Of a DNA stretch of 63,689 nucleotides, positions 51,101 to 63,454 are shown one piece after another (within the stretch, counting starts at the first letter, position 1; each line of letters opens with the position of its first letter). The notes beneath the pieces were generated by a model. It searched no databases, had not been told where the DNA came from, and was given only the letters and a program-made list of their open reading frames with translations. The stretch spans positions 66,827,697-66,891,385 of the forward strand of contig NC_068983.1 of NCBI RefSeq assembly GCF_001194135.2. The letters are read 5' to 3'. The position numbers and the translations under genes are program-made. The stretch comes from Octopus bimaculoides. Lineage: Eukaryota.

Positions 51101-52014
51101 TTGAAATCTCAAGTCAGTTTAAGCTGATGCAATCCTTCCTCTTCAACATCAGTTGTAACATAGAACTTCTACTGCAACAATAATCACAAAATTTTCCGGT
51201 TATTTATTTATTTATTTTTTTAGTATTTGAAATTTTAGAATAGTGAAATTAAGTGTTGGGCATTTTATATTTAAGATATAATTGAGAAACAATAATAACT
51301 GATGAGAGTCTACATCTACAACAAATGATCCCAGAAATTTGGTAGTTAAAATACATTTAGTTTCCATGAAAAATGAAAAGGCTTTGATATTTCAGGCACA
51401 AGCCTTTTATCAAAGAAGGAAAAAGCAGATCTCATGTGTTATAGTTAAAAATATATGGAGAAGTGGTAGTAATGTAGTTTCTAGATTAAGGAGAGTGGGA
51501 GTTGAATAAGGGCTCAAATGTCAAACATGCACAGAATGGATGGTCAACATCAGTAGAGCATGCATTAAACTGTGTGAATCTGTATGTCTGTGTATAGTAG
51601 TGTGACAGTGTGAATGGAAAAGCCCATTTAAGTTTATTTGTGCATCTACATGTTAGTAGTGAGAGTGACTGGAAAAAATTTGACATGTTCATACTGTAAA
51701 AAAAGTGAACATGCTCACATTCAAGTTTAGTCTTTGTCTCCAAAGTTTTCTACTAGAAGTATCTCCATAGTCTTTGAGTACTACTGAAGATAGAAATGTG
51801 ATAGTAGGAACGATCTGAGGAATGAAATGATGGGCCACATGTTTAAAGAGACCAAGGGTGTTGTGATGAACATCAAACCAGGCTCATAGAAAATGTCTGC
51901 TAAATGTCATAAAATTTCATTCATATACAGAACATTATTCAGTTGCTAATCAATGATAGACACTTGAAATGTACATAGTGGGCTACATTGAGTTGTAATG
52001 CTGGAGATGATAGG

Positions 52015-52224
52015 TGTTGTTGGCACTCTGTCGCTTACGACGTCGAGGGTTCCAGTTGATCCGATCAACGGAACAGCCTGCTCATGAAATTAACGTGCAA
52101 GTGGCTGAGCACTCCACAGACACGTGTACCCTTAATGTAGTTCTCGGGGATATTCAGTGTAACACAGTGTGACAAGGCTGACCCTTTGAATTACAGGCAC
52201 AACAGAAACAGGAAGTAAGAGTGA
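52015..52224 (-). mobile_element. 5'-truncated copy of the tRNA-derived SINE at 12415, with a 12-bp TSD
   Basis: About 95% identical by eye to 12415-12620. ggagatgatagg at 52003-52014 and 52225-52236. Confidence 0.9.
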
Positions 52225-52999
52225 GGAGATGATAGGATAGATACAGCAATGAGAACAGACCAAAAGGTATCATAGTATTGTTAAATACTATGCTATCTCT
52301 TTGATTGTTAAAAAGATGACTAGTATTTTAGGAGAGATGGATAGTGAGCACTAGATGAAGGTTTAACAAGAAGACAATGTAAGAGAGACCCAAATATAGA
52401 TATAATACATGTCGACCTCCATTACCACCACCACCACTACCACCAGGTTATCTGATTTACCATACTAGTATAAGTAGATATTCTCCACTATCACAAATCA
52501 CTAGTTAATTCTTTCTCCCCAGCCCTAATTTTAGCATTTTAGCTATAATCTATATCTCCCTACCTTATAAAAATTCTTCTACCTTTGATAATCTACTCCC
52601 TAATTCAATATGATACAAAATTTAATTATCTTTTGCATCTATTTTTAGGAAACCCAAGTTTCCAAATAGACTTTCTCATTTTTAAATACAAATTCCATCA
52701 ACCAAATCAAAAGCTTCATTCATTTGATAATATAATACAAAGCAAACCCAAGTGAGAAATAATATTTAATTTAATTTAATTTAATATATATTTGTTACAT
52801 CTTTTAATTCAGAGTGCCTAACTCATTCATAACTAAAATTTTCTATCATATAAGGGTAAAACACTCAATCTTTCTGCTGTTTTCATGGCTATCCTGTATT
52901 TGAAATATTACTTTCTCATCTGTATAATATGATACACATTCAGTGCATCCAAAAGCTAAAAAACAAGTTTGCTTACATATGTAGTTGCATATATATATC

Positions 53000-53378
53000 A
53001 CCATCATCATCATCATCATTTAACATCCATTATCCATGCTGTCATGGGTTGGACTGTTTGACTGAGCTGGCACGCTGAAAGGCATGGTTTCTATGGCTGG
53101 ATGCCCTTCCTAATGCCAACCAGTCCAAGAGTGTAATGGGTGCTTTTATGTTCCTCCGGCACAGGTGTCATTTACATGACACCGGAGTGTGTTTATGTAC
53201 CACAGGCACAGGTGGGTCTTAAAAAGCACCCATTACACTCTTGGAGTGGTTGGTGTTAGGAAGGGCATTCAGCCATAGAACCCATGCCAAATCAGACAGA
53301 AACCTGGTGCAGTTTACCAGTTCCAGTCAAACCATGCCAGCATGGAAAGCGGACATTAAATGATGATGATGATGATGG
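53000..53378. mobile_element. Two retroposon tails in inverted orientation (minus 53000-53160, plus 53210-53378)
   Basis: (cat)n...ggatgcccttcctaatgccaacc...gggtgctttta, then aaaagcacccattacactcttggagtggttggtgttaggaagggcat...(gat)n. Confidence 0.75.
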
Positions 53379-53543
53379 CTATAGCAGCACCAGACTGATG
53401 ACATTGCTGTAAAATTCCTCTGGTTGATGGGAACAACAAGCAGTAGCCAGAATAAATAGCATATGAGCTTTTTAAGAGCGCACTTAAAAACGCTTCAGAT
53501 AAACAGACTTAAAGAATATACATGTTTATATATATTTGTATTG

Positions 53544-53589
<46 letters not shown>

Positions 53590-53602
53590 AGCTGAAAGGA
53601 TC

Positions 53603-53788
53603 CAATTTTCAGGACACAGATTTACTTATTTCTGATCATCACCTGGTAAACTGAGCCTGATCTTTTTTAGAAAAAGGAACATAAGTATAAGCGTTTTCTT
53701 CGGATATTCATTTCATATTTAACAAAAAACACAGACTTGATTTACCAGCTGATAATCAGAAATAAGTAATTCTAAGTGCTGGAAATTG
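53603..53788. mobile_element. MITE-like inverted repeat, about 57-bp arms
   Basis: caattttcaggacacagatttacttatttctgatcatcacctggtaaa pairs with tttaccagctgataatcagaaataagtaattctaagtgctggaaattg. Confidence 0.75.
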
Positions 53789-53869
53789 AAGTCTTTCTAT
53801 TATAATGCATTAAAGAATACTCTGTATTTGTATTGAGCCCTGTACATTATCACATCTGGTGAGTCACAA

Positions 53870-54365
53870 AATCAAAATCGCTGATGTGGCCAATGACAGT
53901 ACTGCCTGATTGGCACTCATGCCAGTGGAACGTTAAAAGCACATCCGAGCATGATCGTTGCCATGTCCACGGATTGGCTCCTATGCTGGTAGCACGTGAA
54001 AAGCACCATTCAAGCGTGATCATTGCCAGAATCACCCTACAGGCACATGTGCCTGTGGCACGTGAAAAACAACATAGAAGCGTGGGCGTTGCCAGTGCTG
54101 CCAGACTGGCTCCTGTGCAGGTAGCACATAAAAAACCCCTTTTGAGATTGGTCATTGCCAGAACCGCCTGGTGGGCCTTCATTCCGGTGTCACATAAAAG
54201 CACACGCTACACTCTCGGAGTGGTTGGTGTTAGGAAGGGCATCCGGCTGTAGAAACTTTGCCAGATCAGATTGAGCCTGGTACAACCTCTGGCTCACCAG
54301 TCCGCAGTCAAACAGTCCAACCCATGCCAGCATAGAAAGCGGACATTAAACGATGATGATGATGA
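53870..54365 (+). mobile_element. Retroposon with internal array of about five 63-66 bp units and (GAT)n tail
   Basis: Recurring gcac(g/a)t(g/a)aaaa(g/a)cac...tgatc(g/a)ttgcca; tail ccaacccatgccagcatagaaagcggacattaaacgatgatgat. Confidence 0.8.
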
Positions 54366-54572
54366 CATGCACACATATATATATATAATACAGTTCTATA
54401 TTTTGTAGCTTGCCACAGAAATGCATAGATTACATGTCTTTATAATTTGATTTGAAAATGAGATTATGAAGATCTCAAAATGTCAATCTACAAGAACATA
54501 ACTGTTTGAAAATGAGACATAAAGAACAAATAAAGAAATATGAAAAATGCTCAATGCAAAGGATTAAACTTG

Positions 54573-54605
<33 letters not shown>

Positions 54606-54729
54606 TCACACATGTATGTGTATTATGTGTATGTATGCATGTGTAGTCATGTATATTTAGTTTTGTATACAGATGTGTGTTTATATATAAATATATATTG
54701 CATATGTAAATAATTTGTATTATGTAATA

Positions 54730-55019
54730 TATTTATGTCACCATATAACGGAAATCATAACTAAATGGATTGTATTATTTAAGACAGATGACTTTTTAAA
54801 GTTCATTAATATTGCAGAAAAGTATTTATTGAAGTAAAATAGTAATTGCATATAGCTTCTTACTCTTCCATTGGTTTTAAATCAACTAGAATGAAACACA
54901 AGACATATTCTAAAAGGAAAACTTTTCAACACAGAAATGGCTGCCATGTTAAATAGTCTACTTTGTGTGACTAATGACATTATCACACAAAATGCATGCA
55001 CCATTACAGTAATGAAACA
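54730..55019 (-). repeat. 3' LTR of the Gypsy element (approximate)
   Basis: Collinear matches to 58940-59250: ttatgtcacca/ttatgtcatca, aagttcattaat/aagtccattaat, ttattgaagtaaaatagta/ttactgaagtaaaacagta, gccatgttaaatagt/gccatgttcaatagt, caaaatgcatgca. Confidence 0.7.
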
Positions 55020-55829
55020 ATGATAGTACATTTTACATTATTAGATATGAAAAGATTCTTTCTTCAATATATTTGCTTTGTTTAACATCATTATAAGCTG
55101 TCATTGACATCACCATTAACTTCATTTGGTGATGAGATATCATTTGTAATCAGTCATTGCAAGGTAGTTGTCTGATTTCATGAACTTGATTCTGTTGCAA
55201 AGCAGTCATCTGATTTCCTTGTCTTGCTTCTGGTCTGACTTTACAATCCTGTTTTGCTTGTCAGAGCATTTCTATTTGAATCATTGAGCACTAGAACTTT
55301 CCTATGTCACCAATGACAAATTTCTAATAGCAAGCTTTTTTGGATATTGCTCCAAGTTTAGGTGTATCAATTCCAAAAGTCTTTATTAAAGATGTTCTTA
55401 TTTAATCTCCCATCAATGCCAAAAGGCTTTCCGTTCTTCCAGCTTAGGGAATCAACAAATAATTGACTAGAAACCATGATAAACAGGCACCAAAAATCCA
55501 AATTACTTAGAAAAAAGTTTTAAGTCACCTTTTTCCATGGCTATACCATTCTTTCTACATGACTATTTATTGAATAGCATGGCAATGTCTCAAGAAGTTT
55601 GCAAACTATCTTCTTAAGCTATGTTGTTAGTATCTTATCACAAAAGCCAATGTGTGCAATTCCATTCTTAACAAAAATAGTTCTCAAAACATTAATTTCT
55701 GTTTTAGCAGATCAGCCATTAATTCTGATGACTTCTGGCTAATACAGAAATGTATCAATTAGTAAAGGAAATAAACCAACATCAGGAATATAACCCTCAT
55801 CCAGACACACACACACAGACACATGCACT

Positions 55830-56050
55830 ATAATCCTTTCTACTATAAGCACAAACCCTGAAATTTTCGTTAGGAGCTAATTGATTACATTGATGTCACT
55901 GCACAACTGGTACTTACTTTATCAACCCTTTTTGTGGTTGAAAGTCAAAGTCGACTTTGGTGGAATTAGAACCCAGACTGTAAAGACAGACAAAATGCCT
56001 CTAAGTATTTTTCCAGTGTGCCAATTATTTTGCCTGCCCACCACCCTACA
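55830..56050 (-). mobile_element. Meta-like SINE inserted into the Gypsy integrase
   Basis: gaaagtcaaagtcgactttggtggaattagaacccag...aaatgcctctaagtatttt. Confidence 0.7.
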
Positions 56051-58939
56051 TCTATATGTTTGATAATGGCTTTACTTCAAGTATACTCCATGACTTTTGG
56101 TAAGAGTTTAATCTGGCATTTAGGACAATCTTGTATGTAATTTTTGACAGTATTGTATCCACAATGGAGGTCATCATGTTCAGTAAATTTGTAGTAACAG
56201 ACTAGAACAACAATTTCCCCACTGCAAACAATCTCATTATCAATGGTGAATCCTTTGTTTAATTGTTTTGGAGGGTCTCTCACTGATCAATTACTTCTAT
56301 TCCTTCAGTCTTACACAAAATTACATCATTCTTCATTTCAGCTTGCAATTCTACTATTTTCAGCACATTTATTTTCATTCTACCACTTCTCCCATTCACC
56401 CACCTAGGTTCACCACCTGCTGTATTCCTTCCCTTCTGCCTTCTACTCTCTTTTCCCACCCTCTTCACAAACCTGTCTGCATATAGTTCATCCCTGTTGA
56501 CCCTCTTTCCCATAACATGTCCTCCCAATATCCACTCCCTCTATTTGTGTCCACTCACTACAATCCATCCCTTCCACTTCACACTCCCCTTTCACAGTCT
56601 CATGAAATTACTCGTCTATCTTCTCTATCTCTCCTCTCTCTCCTCTCACTCTCCTCTCTCTCCCCTCTCACTGTAAAGGCTTATACTCAGTTCTCAAGTA
56701 GAATTGTTGTGCTATTAGAAAGTGCTGAACTCTATGCATAGTTCAGACAATTGTCAAAGCCTCTTTTTCAGTATGAGAATACTTATGCTCAGTTTCAGAT
56801 AGACATTATGTTAAATATAGGACTGCACATGCCTTCTGAAACAGTAGATGATATATTGAATGTTGATTAGCATCTATAGTGACAATGACCTTTTTTTCTT
56901 GTATCAAATACCTAACATTAAATAGCTAAATTTAATGTTTCAAACAGATTAGTGTGTTCCTTCTATAAAAATGCAGTGTGTTTTTCTCATAGTTTTAAAA
57001 ATTCACAAACCTCAGAGTATACTGGAGTAGATTGATCATGAAAATTATTTTCCAAAATGACTGCAGTTCTATCCTACCTATTCTCTGAGAATTTTAGAGC
57101 AAATATCTTTTTCACTAACATTGTCTACTTGAATACCATATCTGGAAATCTTATATCCTTGGAAGGTCAATTTTTCTGCATGAAAGATCCTTGTTTCATT
57201 AACAGCCTTACCATAGGAGATGAGATTTTGTAAAATTGCTCTTACTTTCTGCTCCAGGTCATCTATAGTGTGACCATCAATGCAAATGTCATCGTGCTAA
57301 ATTATTATACCAGTGATATCTAATACATTTTCCATGGCACATTGAGATATGGTGCTTGCTGTTTTTATATTGCATAGCAAATCCAAGAAGTGTGTTCATT
57401 GTTGTTATTTCCAGAGCTTCATAGAAATTTGAATTTAGTAGTATGCTCTGACCAAATTAATCTTTGTGAAGTATTTCATATATACCAGCTTGTGCAATGC
57501 TGTTTCAATAATTAGCATAGGGTAAAAGTCAGTATGTATATTGGGATTTATTCTCATGTGGTCTATGCAAATATGTAAATTGCTACAGGACTTGCACAGC
57601 ACAATCAAAGGTGAAACCTACTTAATTTCTCCTGAGTTAAGTCTTTTCATTCAGCCATTATGTTTCATTCCCTTTCATTCTTGTTTAAACAAAATGATAA
57701 ATATGTACAGGAAGTTGTGTGGAGTCGTAATATTCAGCTTTAGTATTATTTTTCAATATGATTTCAGTTTCATAATCTTTTAAGCATCAGTTATTGTGAG
57801 ATTGTGTGTATTGAATAAGTGAGGAACTATTACATCTTAACACATCCATTTTGATTAAACCATTCATTTCATAACAGTCTGAAACAATAACAAAAGCTAT
57901 AATTGCTTTGCTCTGGTCTCCAATACAGATTCAAACTTCATCAACAATTTGATCATTGAATCATCAAACTATTTGAGGCTGAACTTGCAACATTCCAAAT
58001 GTGGAGATGTTAATATCATCCTCAGGAGGATAGTAACATCACCACCAGTATCTATTTGCATCTGCACTTCAACATTAGTTAATTCAATAGGGACTTGGAA
58101 GTTAGCATTGCTGCTCCCAATATTGCAAACGTTGCTTGATTCCTGATCACTAACTGAGTCAGTATCAATTTCATACACTTTCTTAAATGTTTTCTTAGAA
58201 GATCATTTGAAAGACTTGAAAATAGTTCTTCTTATAGACATTGCTTTTTTTTCCAAATGCAAGACACTTCCCATATTAAGGGGGTAACCACAAGATTTAC
58301 ATGTATCCCTTTTCTGACAATTTTTGTTAGCATACAACATTGACAATTCTTTTAATATAGTATTATCATCATTAGTTGGAACCAAAGTAAAATCATTTAT
58401 CATCTGAAACTGCTAAATTTGGCTAACACAACCTAGCAACAACATTTTCCAAAACTGTTGTGTTCTAATATTTTAGAGCAATGTGCAGAATTTATTAATT
58501 CATCAATTAGCAGCATTTGTATGAGATCATTTTCAGTAGATTGCTCTTCTGTCATCAACTCATCAAATTTCCAGAAACATGTGGCTTCTCTCAATATTTT
58601 TTATAATTTGAGTGTATTAGTTTTAAAGTCATTTGCTTCAGAGCCAGAAAGTATGTCTTCAGCAATAGCCAGCTTCATTTTCAGTCTTATTGAGAACATT
58701 TTAGTTTCTTTTATTTCTATAAGTCCATCTCTTCTAATACATTAGGACACACTTTTACGGGGACTCTTTTAATATTCTTGACTCCTGCTTTAGAGAAGAA
58801 GAGATCAGTTATTCCTTTACTAGCAGCAGAGGTCTTGAGCATCTTTCACTTAGCACTAACTGAAAGACATCCTAACAAGGCTTCAGTCAAATAAATATCA
58901 GGCATTGTTAAAATCTCCAAATCCTGTCAGTTGTACCAA

Positions 58940-59249
58940 TGTTATGTCATCAATTGGAGGAAATAATTGCCAATTGTAGTTATTATGCAGGACAGAGAGC
59001 CTTGTTCAAGTCCATTAATGTAATCCTGCAGCATTTACTGAAGTAAAACAGTAGTCACTAGTGGCACCTTAGTTCCACTGGCTTTAATCAAATGAATAAT
59101 TGAGTAAAACAATCACACAAATGACACATATAGAGGAAAGTACTCTCAACAGTTTAAGGGTAGCCATGTTCAATAGTTTTCAGCATATGACCACTAAGGT
59201 GGGTCAAACAACATTGTCATGCAAAATGCATGCAACACAAAAATAAGAC

Positions 59250-59250
<1 letters not shown>
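58940..59250 (-). repeat. 5' LTR of the Gypsy element (approximate), followed by PBS-like TGGTACAACTGACAGG
   Basis: Minus strand starts TGT (59250) and ends ...ataaCA (58940), then T and TGGT. Confidence 0.7.
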
Positions 59251-59286
<36 letters not shown>

Positions 59287-59861
59287 CAAACATTATTATT
59301 CCTAAAAATAATAATGTTAGTGGCCATGAGTGTAAAAGTCATATAGGGAAAATTAATAACTATATATAAGATATATAAATATATTTGTATATACTAGGGT
59401 ATTACATAACTACCTACTTTGCTAAAAATAGAAGTCAAAATCTGCTAAGCCACAGAAGAATCACAAAATTAGGACAGGCATGATAGGAAAATTTTTTTAG
59501 AGAATATGAATAGCATCTTACCTCTGCAAGGGATGTTGAAGGAATGTCAGTTAATCTGGTATCATTATTTCAAATTTAGCACCAAAGGCAACTGATTCTC
59601 TTCAGTCAGATCTGCCAGAGATCAACTACCATGCCTGTAATTTGTTTGAGTACACAAACACCATTAAAGCAAATGAACCACGTGAAATATGTATGCAGTA
59701 GTACCTCGGTTTTTGAACAACTCTGATCACGAATAAATCGTGCTTTATCTCCTGTCTTTCTCATATTCATTTAATACAGTAGTACGCCGGTTTATAAATG
59801 TCTCTGATCATGAATAAATTGTGCTTTACATATATATGTATATATATTTATATATGTATAT

Positions 59862-59946
59862 ATCCTGTAAATAATAATAATAATGGTATTTTTATATAAG
59901 CTTAAAGCTTATATAAAAATACCATTATTATTATTATTTACAGGAT
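59862..59946. repeat. Perfect palindrome, 41-bp arms, 3-nt loop
   Basis: atcctgtaaataataataataatggtatttttatataagct-taa-agcttatataaaaataccattattattattatttacaggat. Confidence 0.97.
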
Positions 59947-59993
59947 TGTAAACTCAGCACTGTATAAGAAACCATTCGCACCGAAAGATATAT

Positions 59994-60180
59994 CATCATC
60001 ATCATCATCATCATCGTTTAACGTCCGCTTTCCATGCTAGCATGGGTTGGACGATTTGACTGAGGACTGGTGCAACCGGATGGCTACACCAGGCTCCAAT
60101 CTAATTTGGCAGAGTTTCTACAGCTGGATGCCCTTCCTAACGCCAACCACTCAGAGAGTGTAGTGGGTGCTTTTACGTGC
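59994..60180 (-). mobile_element. Young retroposon 3' tail
   Basis: (cat)n cgtttaacgtccgctttccatgctagcatgggttgg...; CpGs retained. Confidence 0.85.
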
Positions 60181-60208
60181 TTTTATATATATATATATAT
60201 ATATATAT

Positions 60209-61055
60209 NNNNNNNNNNNNNNNNNNNNNNNNNNNNNNNNNNNNNNNNNNNNNNNNNNNNNNNNNNNNNNNNNNNNNNNNNNNNNNNNNNNNNNNNNNNN
60301 NNNNNNNNNNNNNNNNNNNNNNNNNNNNNNNNNNNNNNNNNNNNNNNNNNNNNNNNNNNNNNNNNNNNNNNNNNNNNNNNNNNNNNNNNNNNNNNNNNNN
60401 NNNNNNNNNNNNNNNNNNNNNNNNNNNNNNNNNNNNNNNNNNNNNNNNNNNNNNNNNNNNNNNNNNNNNNNNNNNNNNNNNNNNNNNNNNNNNNNNNNNN
60501 NNNNNNNNNNNNNNNNNNNNNNNNNNNNNNNNNNNNNNNNNNNNNNNNNNNNNNNNNNNNNNNNNNNNNNNNNNNNNNNNNNNNNNNNNNNNNNNNNNNN
60601 NNNNNNNNNNNNNNNNNNNNNNNNNNNNNNNNNNNNNNNNNNNNNNNNNNNNNNNNNNNNNNNNNNNNNNNNNNNNNNNNNNNNNNNNNNNNNNNNNNNN
60701 NNNNNNNNNNNNNNNNNNNNNNNNNNNNNNNNNNNNNNNNNNNNNNNNNNNNNNNNNNNNNNNNNNNNNNNNNNNNNNNNNNNNNNNNNNNNNNNNNNNN
60801 NNNNNNNNNNNNNNNNNNNNNNNNNNNNNNNNNNNNNNNNNNNNNNNNNNNNNNNNNNNNNNNNNNNNNNNNNNNNNNNNNNNNNNNNNNNNNNNNNNNN
60901 NNNNNNNNNNNNNNNNNNNNNNNNNNNNNNNNNNNNNNNNNNNNNNNNNNNNNNNNNNNNNNNNNNNNNNNNNNNNNNNNNNNNNNNNNNNNNNNNNNNN
61001 NNNNNNNNNNNNNNNNNNNNNNNNNNNNNNNNNNNNNNNNNNNNNNNNNNNNNNN

Positions 61056-61056
<1 letters not shown>
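60209..61056. other. Assembly gap between (TA)n and (GT)n
   Basis: Run of N. Confidence 1.
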
Positions 61057-61126
<70 letters not shown>

Positions 61127-63454
61127 GTATTCTTTTACTTGTTCACTTAGATTGTAGCAATACTGGAGTACTGCTTTGAAAAATTTAACCGATTAAGTCA
61201 ATTCAAATTCTTTAACATTTCAATGTAAAAATTTTGTATTTCCATGTGGGAATTCAGAATCTAAAGCAGATTATGTAATTTCCATTAATTTCGATATTTG
61301 TAACGATATAGTTTCAGACAGGTCATCTTAATGCACTGATTGCTATAATATATATTCATATAAAATAAGTGCAGAGTTATTGTCAAATCTTTACTCTTTA
61401 TTCACAATATTTTTTGTTGAATATCACTTTTGCTTTTCACAATCTCCTTGATCTTTTCAGTTTTGTATATGATCATTAACTAACTGTTTTCAGCATTTCT
61501 ATTTACTTCACTGCCAGGTGTTGTGATATTTGTAACTATAATATTAATTCTTATTAGACGAATTTCACAGTATTGATTACATGCATTTAAAAAATTTTTT
61601 TTTTACTTACCCAGAAAAATGTTCCCTACTTTATGAGTGATTAGCTATTCATTGAACACTCAAATCTGAATTAGATTTAATTGCAATTATTAATGTATCT
61701 AAGTTAATTAATTGCTCCACACATATTTCTTTCAATAATTTGATAATAAACTTTCTACAGTCAAATAAAATCATGTGACTGTTTTTTTCCCCTTAGTTTC
61801 AACTTTAGTCATATGCATGCTTTCTATCACAAGAAATTCTTATCAATTCTTAATGGCACTTATTTTATTGGTTTCAGAGAATTGAAATAGCTATAATCAA
61901 GATTAAGTGAAAAGAATGCTGAAGAATCAAATTTTAATATTTGAGATTCAAGTTTAATTCTTCACTGTTCTTTGATATGAAGTATTCTCTTCATATTTCA
62001 AATAAGCAAGATATGAATTTTGATTATACTAACTACATCAACACCTTGTGGCTTAGGAGAAGAAACTAGTTGTAATACAGATTGTGCAGAAATTAGATTT
62101 TTAGCATGGTGTGCATTGTTACAATTTACAGTCTGTTCAAAGTTGCTCTGTGTTCAAGTCTGTATACTATTTGGTACCATATTGCTTCGTATAATGAAGG
62201 CTAAAACACAAAACATCAGCAAAAATCCAATCAATACATTATTACTCTAAGGCATAATCTCAGTAATACATGCAAATAATTATGTTTCATAATTTTTAAA
62301 TTTTACATCTCTCTTTCCTCTCTTGTCTTTTAAAGATATTTTTATTTATTATTAGGATAATCTTTAACAACAATGATGTAAATTATTTTAGTGGTGATAG
62401 TACTAGTCATACTTTTCATACCATATAACCAAATCATCAAATTTATAAGGAAAGTTTCTCAGAAACATTGCTATATCATGTCTCCATAATTCCCTTCTTA
62501 TAATAGACCCAACTATCTCATTCTCTCTCTCTCTCTCTCTCCCTCTTTCTCACTTTCTCTCTCCCCTCTTTCTCACCCTCTCTTTCTCCCTCTTCTTTAC
62601 ACAGACACATATATAGTCATGTATCATGAAAATTACGTTGATGGATAAATGAAATTGTGTTGCTTATACTGATGAGAATTAAAGCTAGTATGTAGACAAT
62701 TCTCTTAGAATTTGCAGTTCATCACTATACTCATCTTAATTATGATAATAGTGGTTTCTGACAAACACAAGAAGATACAGATACCTTATTCCTGGGGAAT
62801 GAGAATTAGTAACTTTGATTCTGTTTCAAACATCTTTTGAAGTGTAAATGGATACAATTGGCAGTAATAAGCAAGTCATTGATTCAATTTACTGACAACT
62901 TAATACAAACCACTAATACAATTAAATTAGTAATAATAATACATTTAATAAAACTTCTGTTATGTGTCTATACTATGTATGAATTGCTTTAGTGTTGTTA
63001 ATTATGTCCACTGAAATTAGGATGAATTTTCGAATGTAATGAATAGGACAAAATAGGCAATATTCAAGAGACCATGATGGAAGTTGATTATGTTTCTTTA
63101 TTATTAGAAGTGCAGATCCATTTAATAGGGAAAACACTAGTATTTTACTCAAATGTTGTCATTATTGATTTCTGCAATGAGATTTGAAAGTGAATAATTG
63201 CTGCATGCATGTTTGCTTGGAGGAGGTTCAAAATGCTTCCAAAGGGCAATACAAAAATATGGATTCCTGCAATATTGATTCCTACAGTGAAATTTTAAGG
63301 TTAATAATTCTTGTATGCTCATCAGTAGAAAGATATACTTGAAGGATCTTTAAAATATTTCCAGAGGGAAATATGAAAATGTAGGTCGAACACTTGAGGC
63401 CTTAAAGGCTTTAAAATTTGCAAAATGAGGACATTTTAGAATGTATCTAGATTG

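Larger units (their letters stand above)
54730..59250 (-). mobile_element. Ancient Ty3/Gypsy LTR retrotransposon, near full length, heavily decayed
   Basis: Order on the minus strand is gag (about 58.2-58.8 kb), protease QIDTGGDVTI (58029-58058), RT SPLIVLCK...KYFTKINLVRAY...ITTMNT...HDDIC (57.2-57.65 kb), RNase H LSETEHKYSHTEKEAL (about 56.75-56.81 kb), integrase H..C..C (56.1-56.2 kb) and core (55.55-55.8 kb). Integrase after RH indicates Gypsy. Confidence 0.88.

Noticed and set aside
50950-51170. Protein-like stretches on both strands
   Set aside because: Every frame is interrupted by stops, and there is no diagnostic motif.
59522-59634. Minus-strand exon with good AG and GTAAGA signals (similar cases at 18132-18194 and 6512-6571)
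   Set aside because: Stops in all three frames. It could be non-coding, but nothing separates it from chance without RNA data.
62020-62250. 76-aa ORF and an overlapping minus-strand exon candidate (PSLYEAIWYQIVYRLEHRATLNR)
   Set aside because: TTG start, no recognisable homology, and no phase-linked neighbouring exon found.
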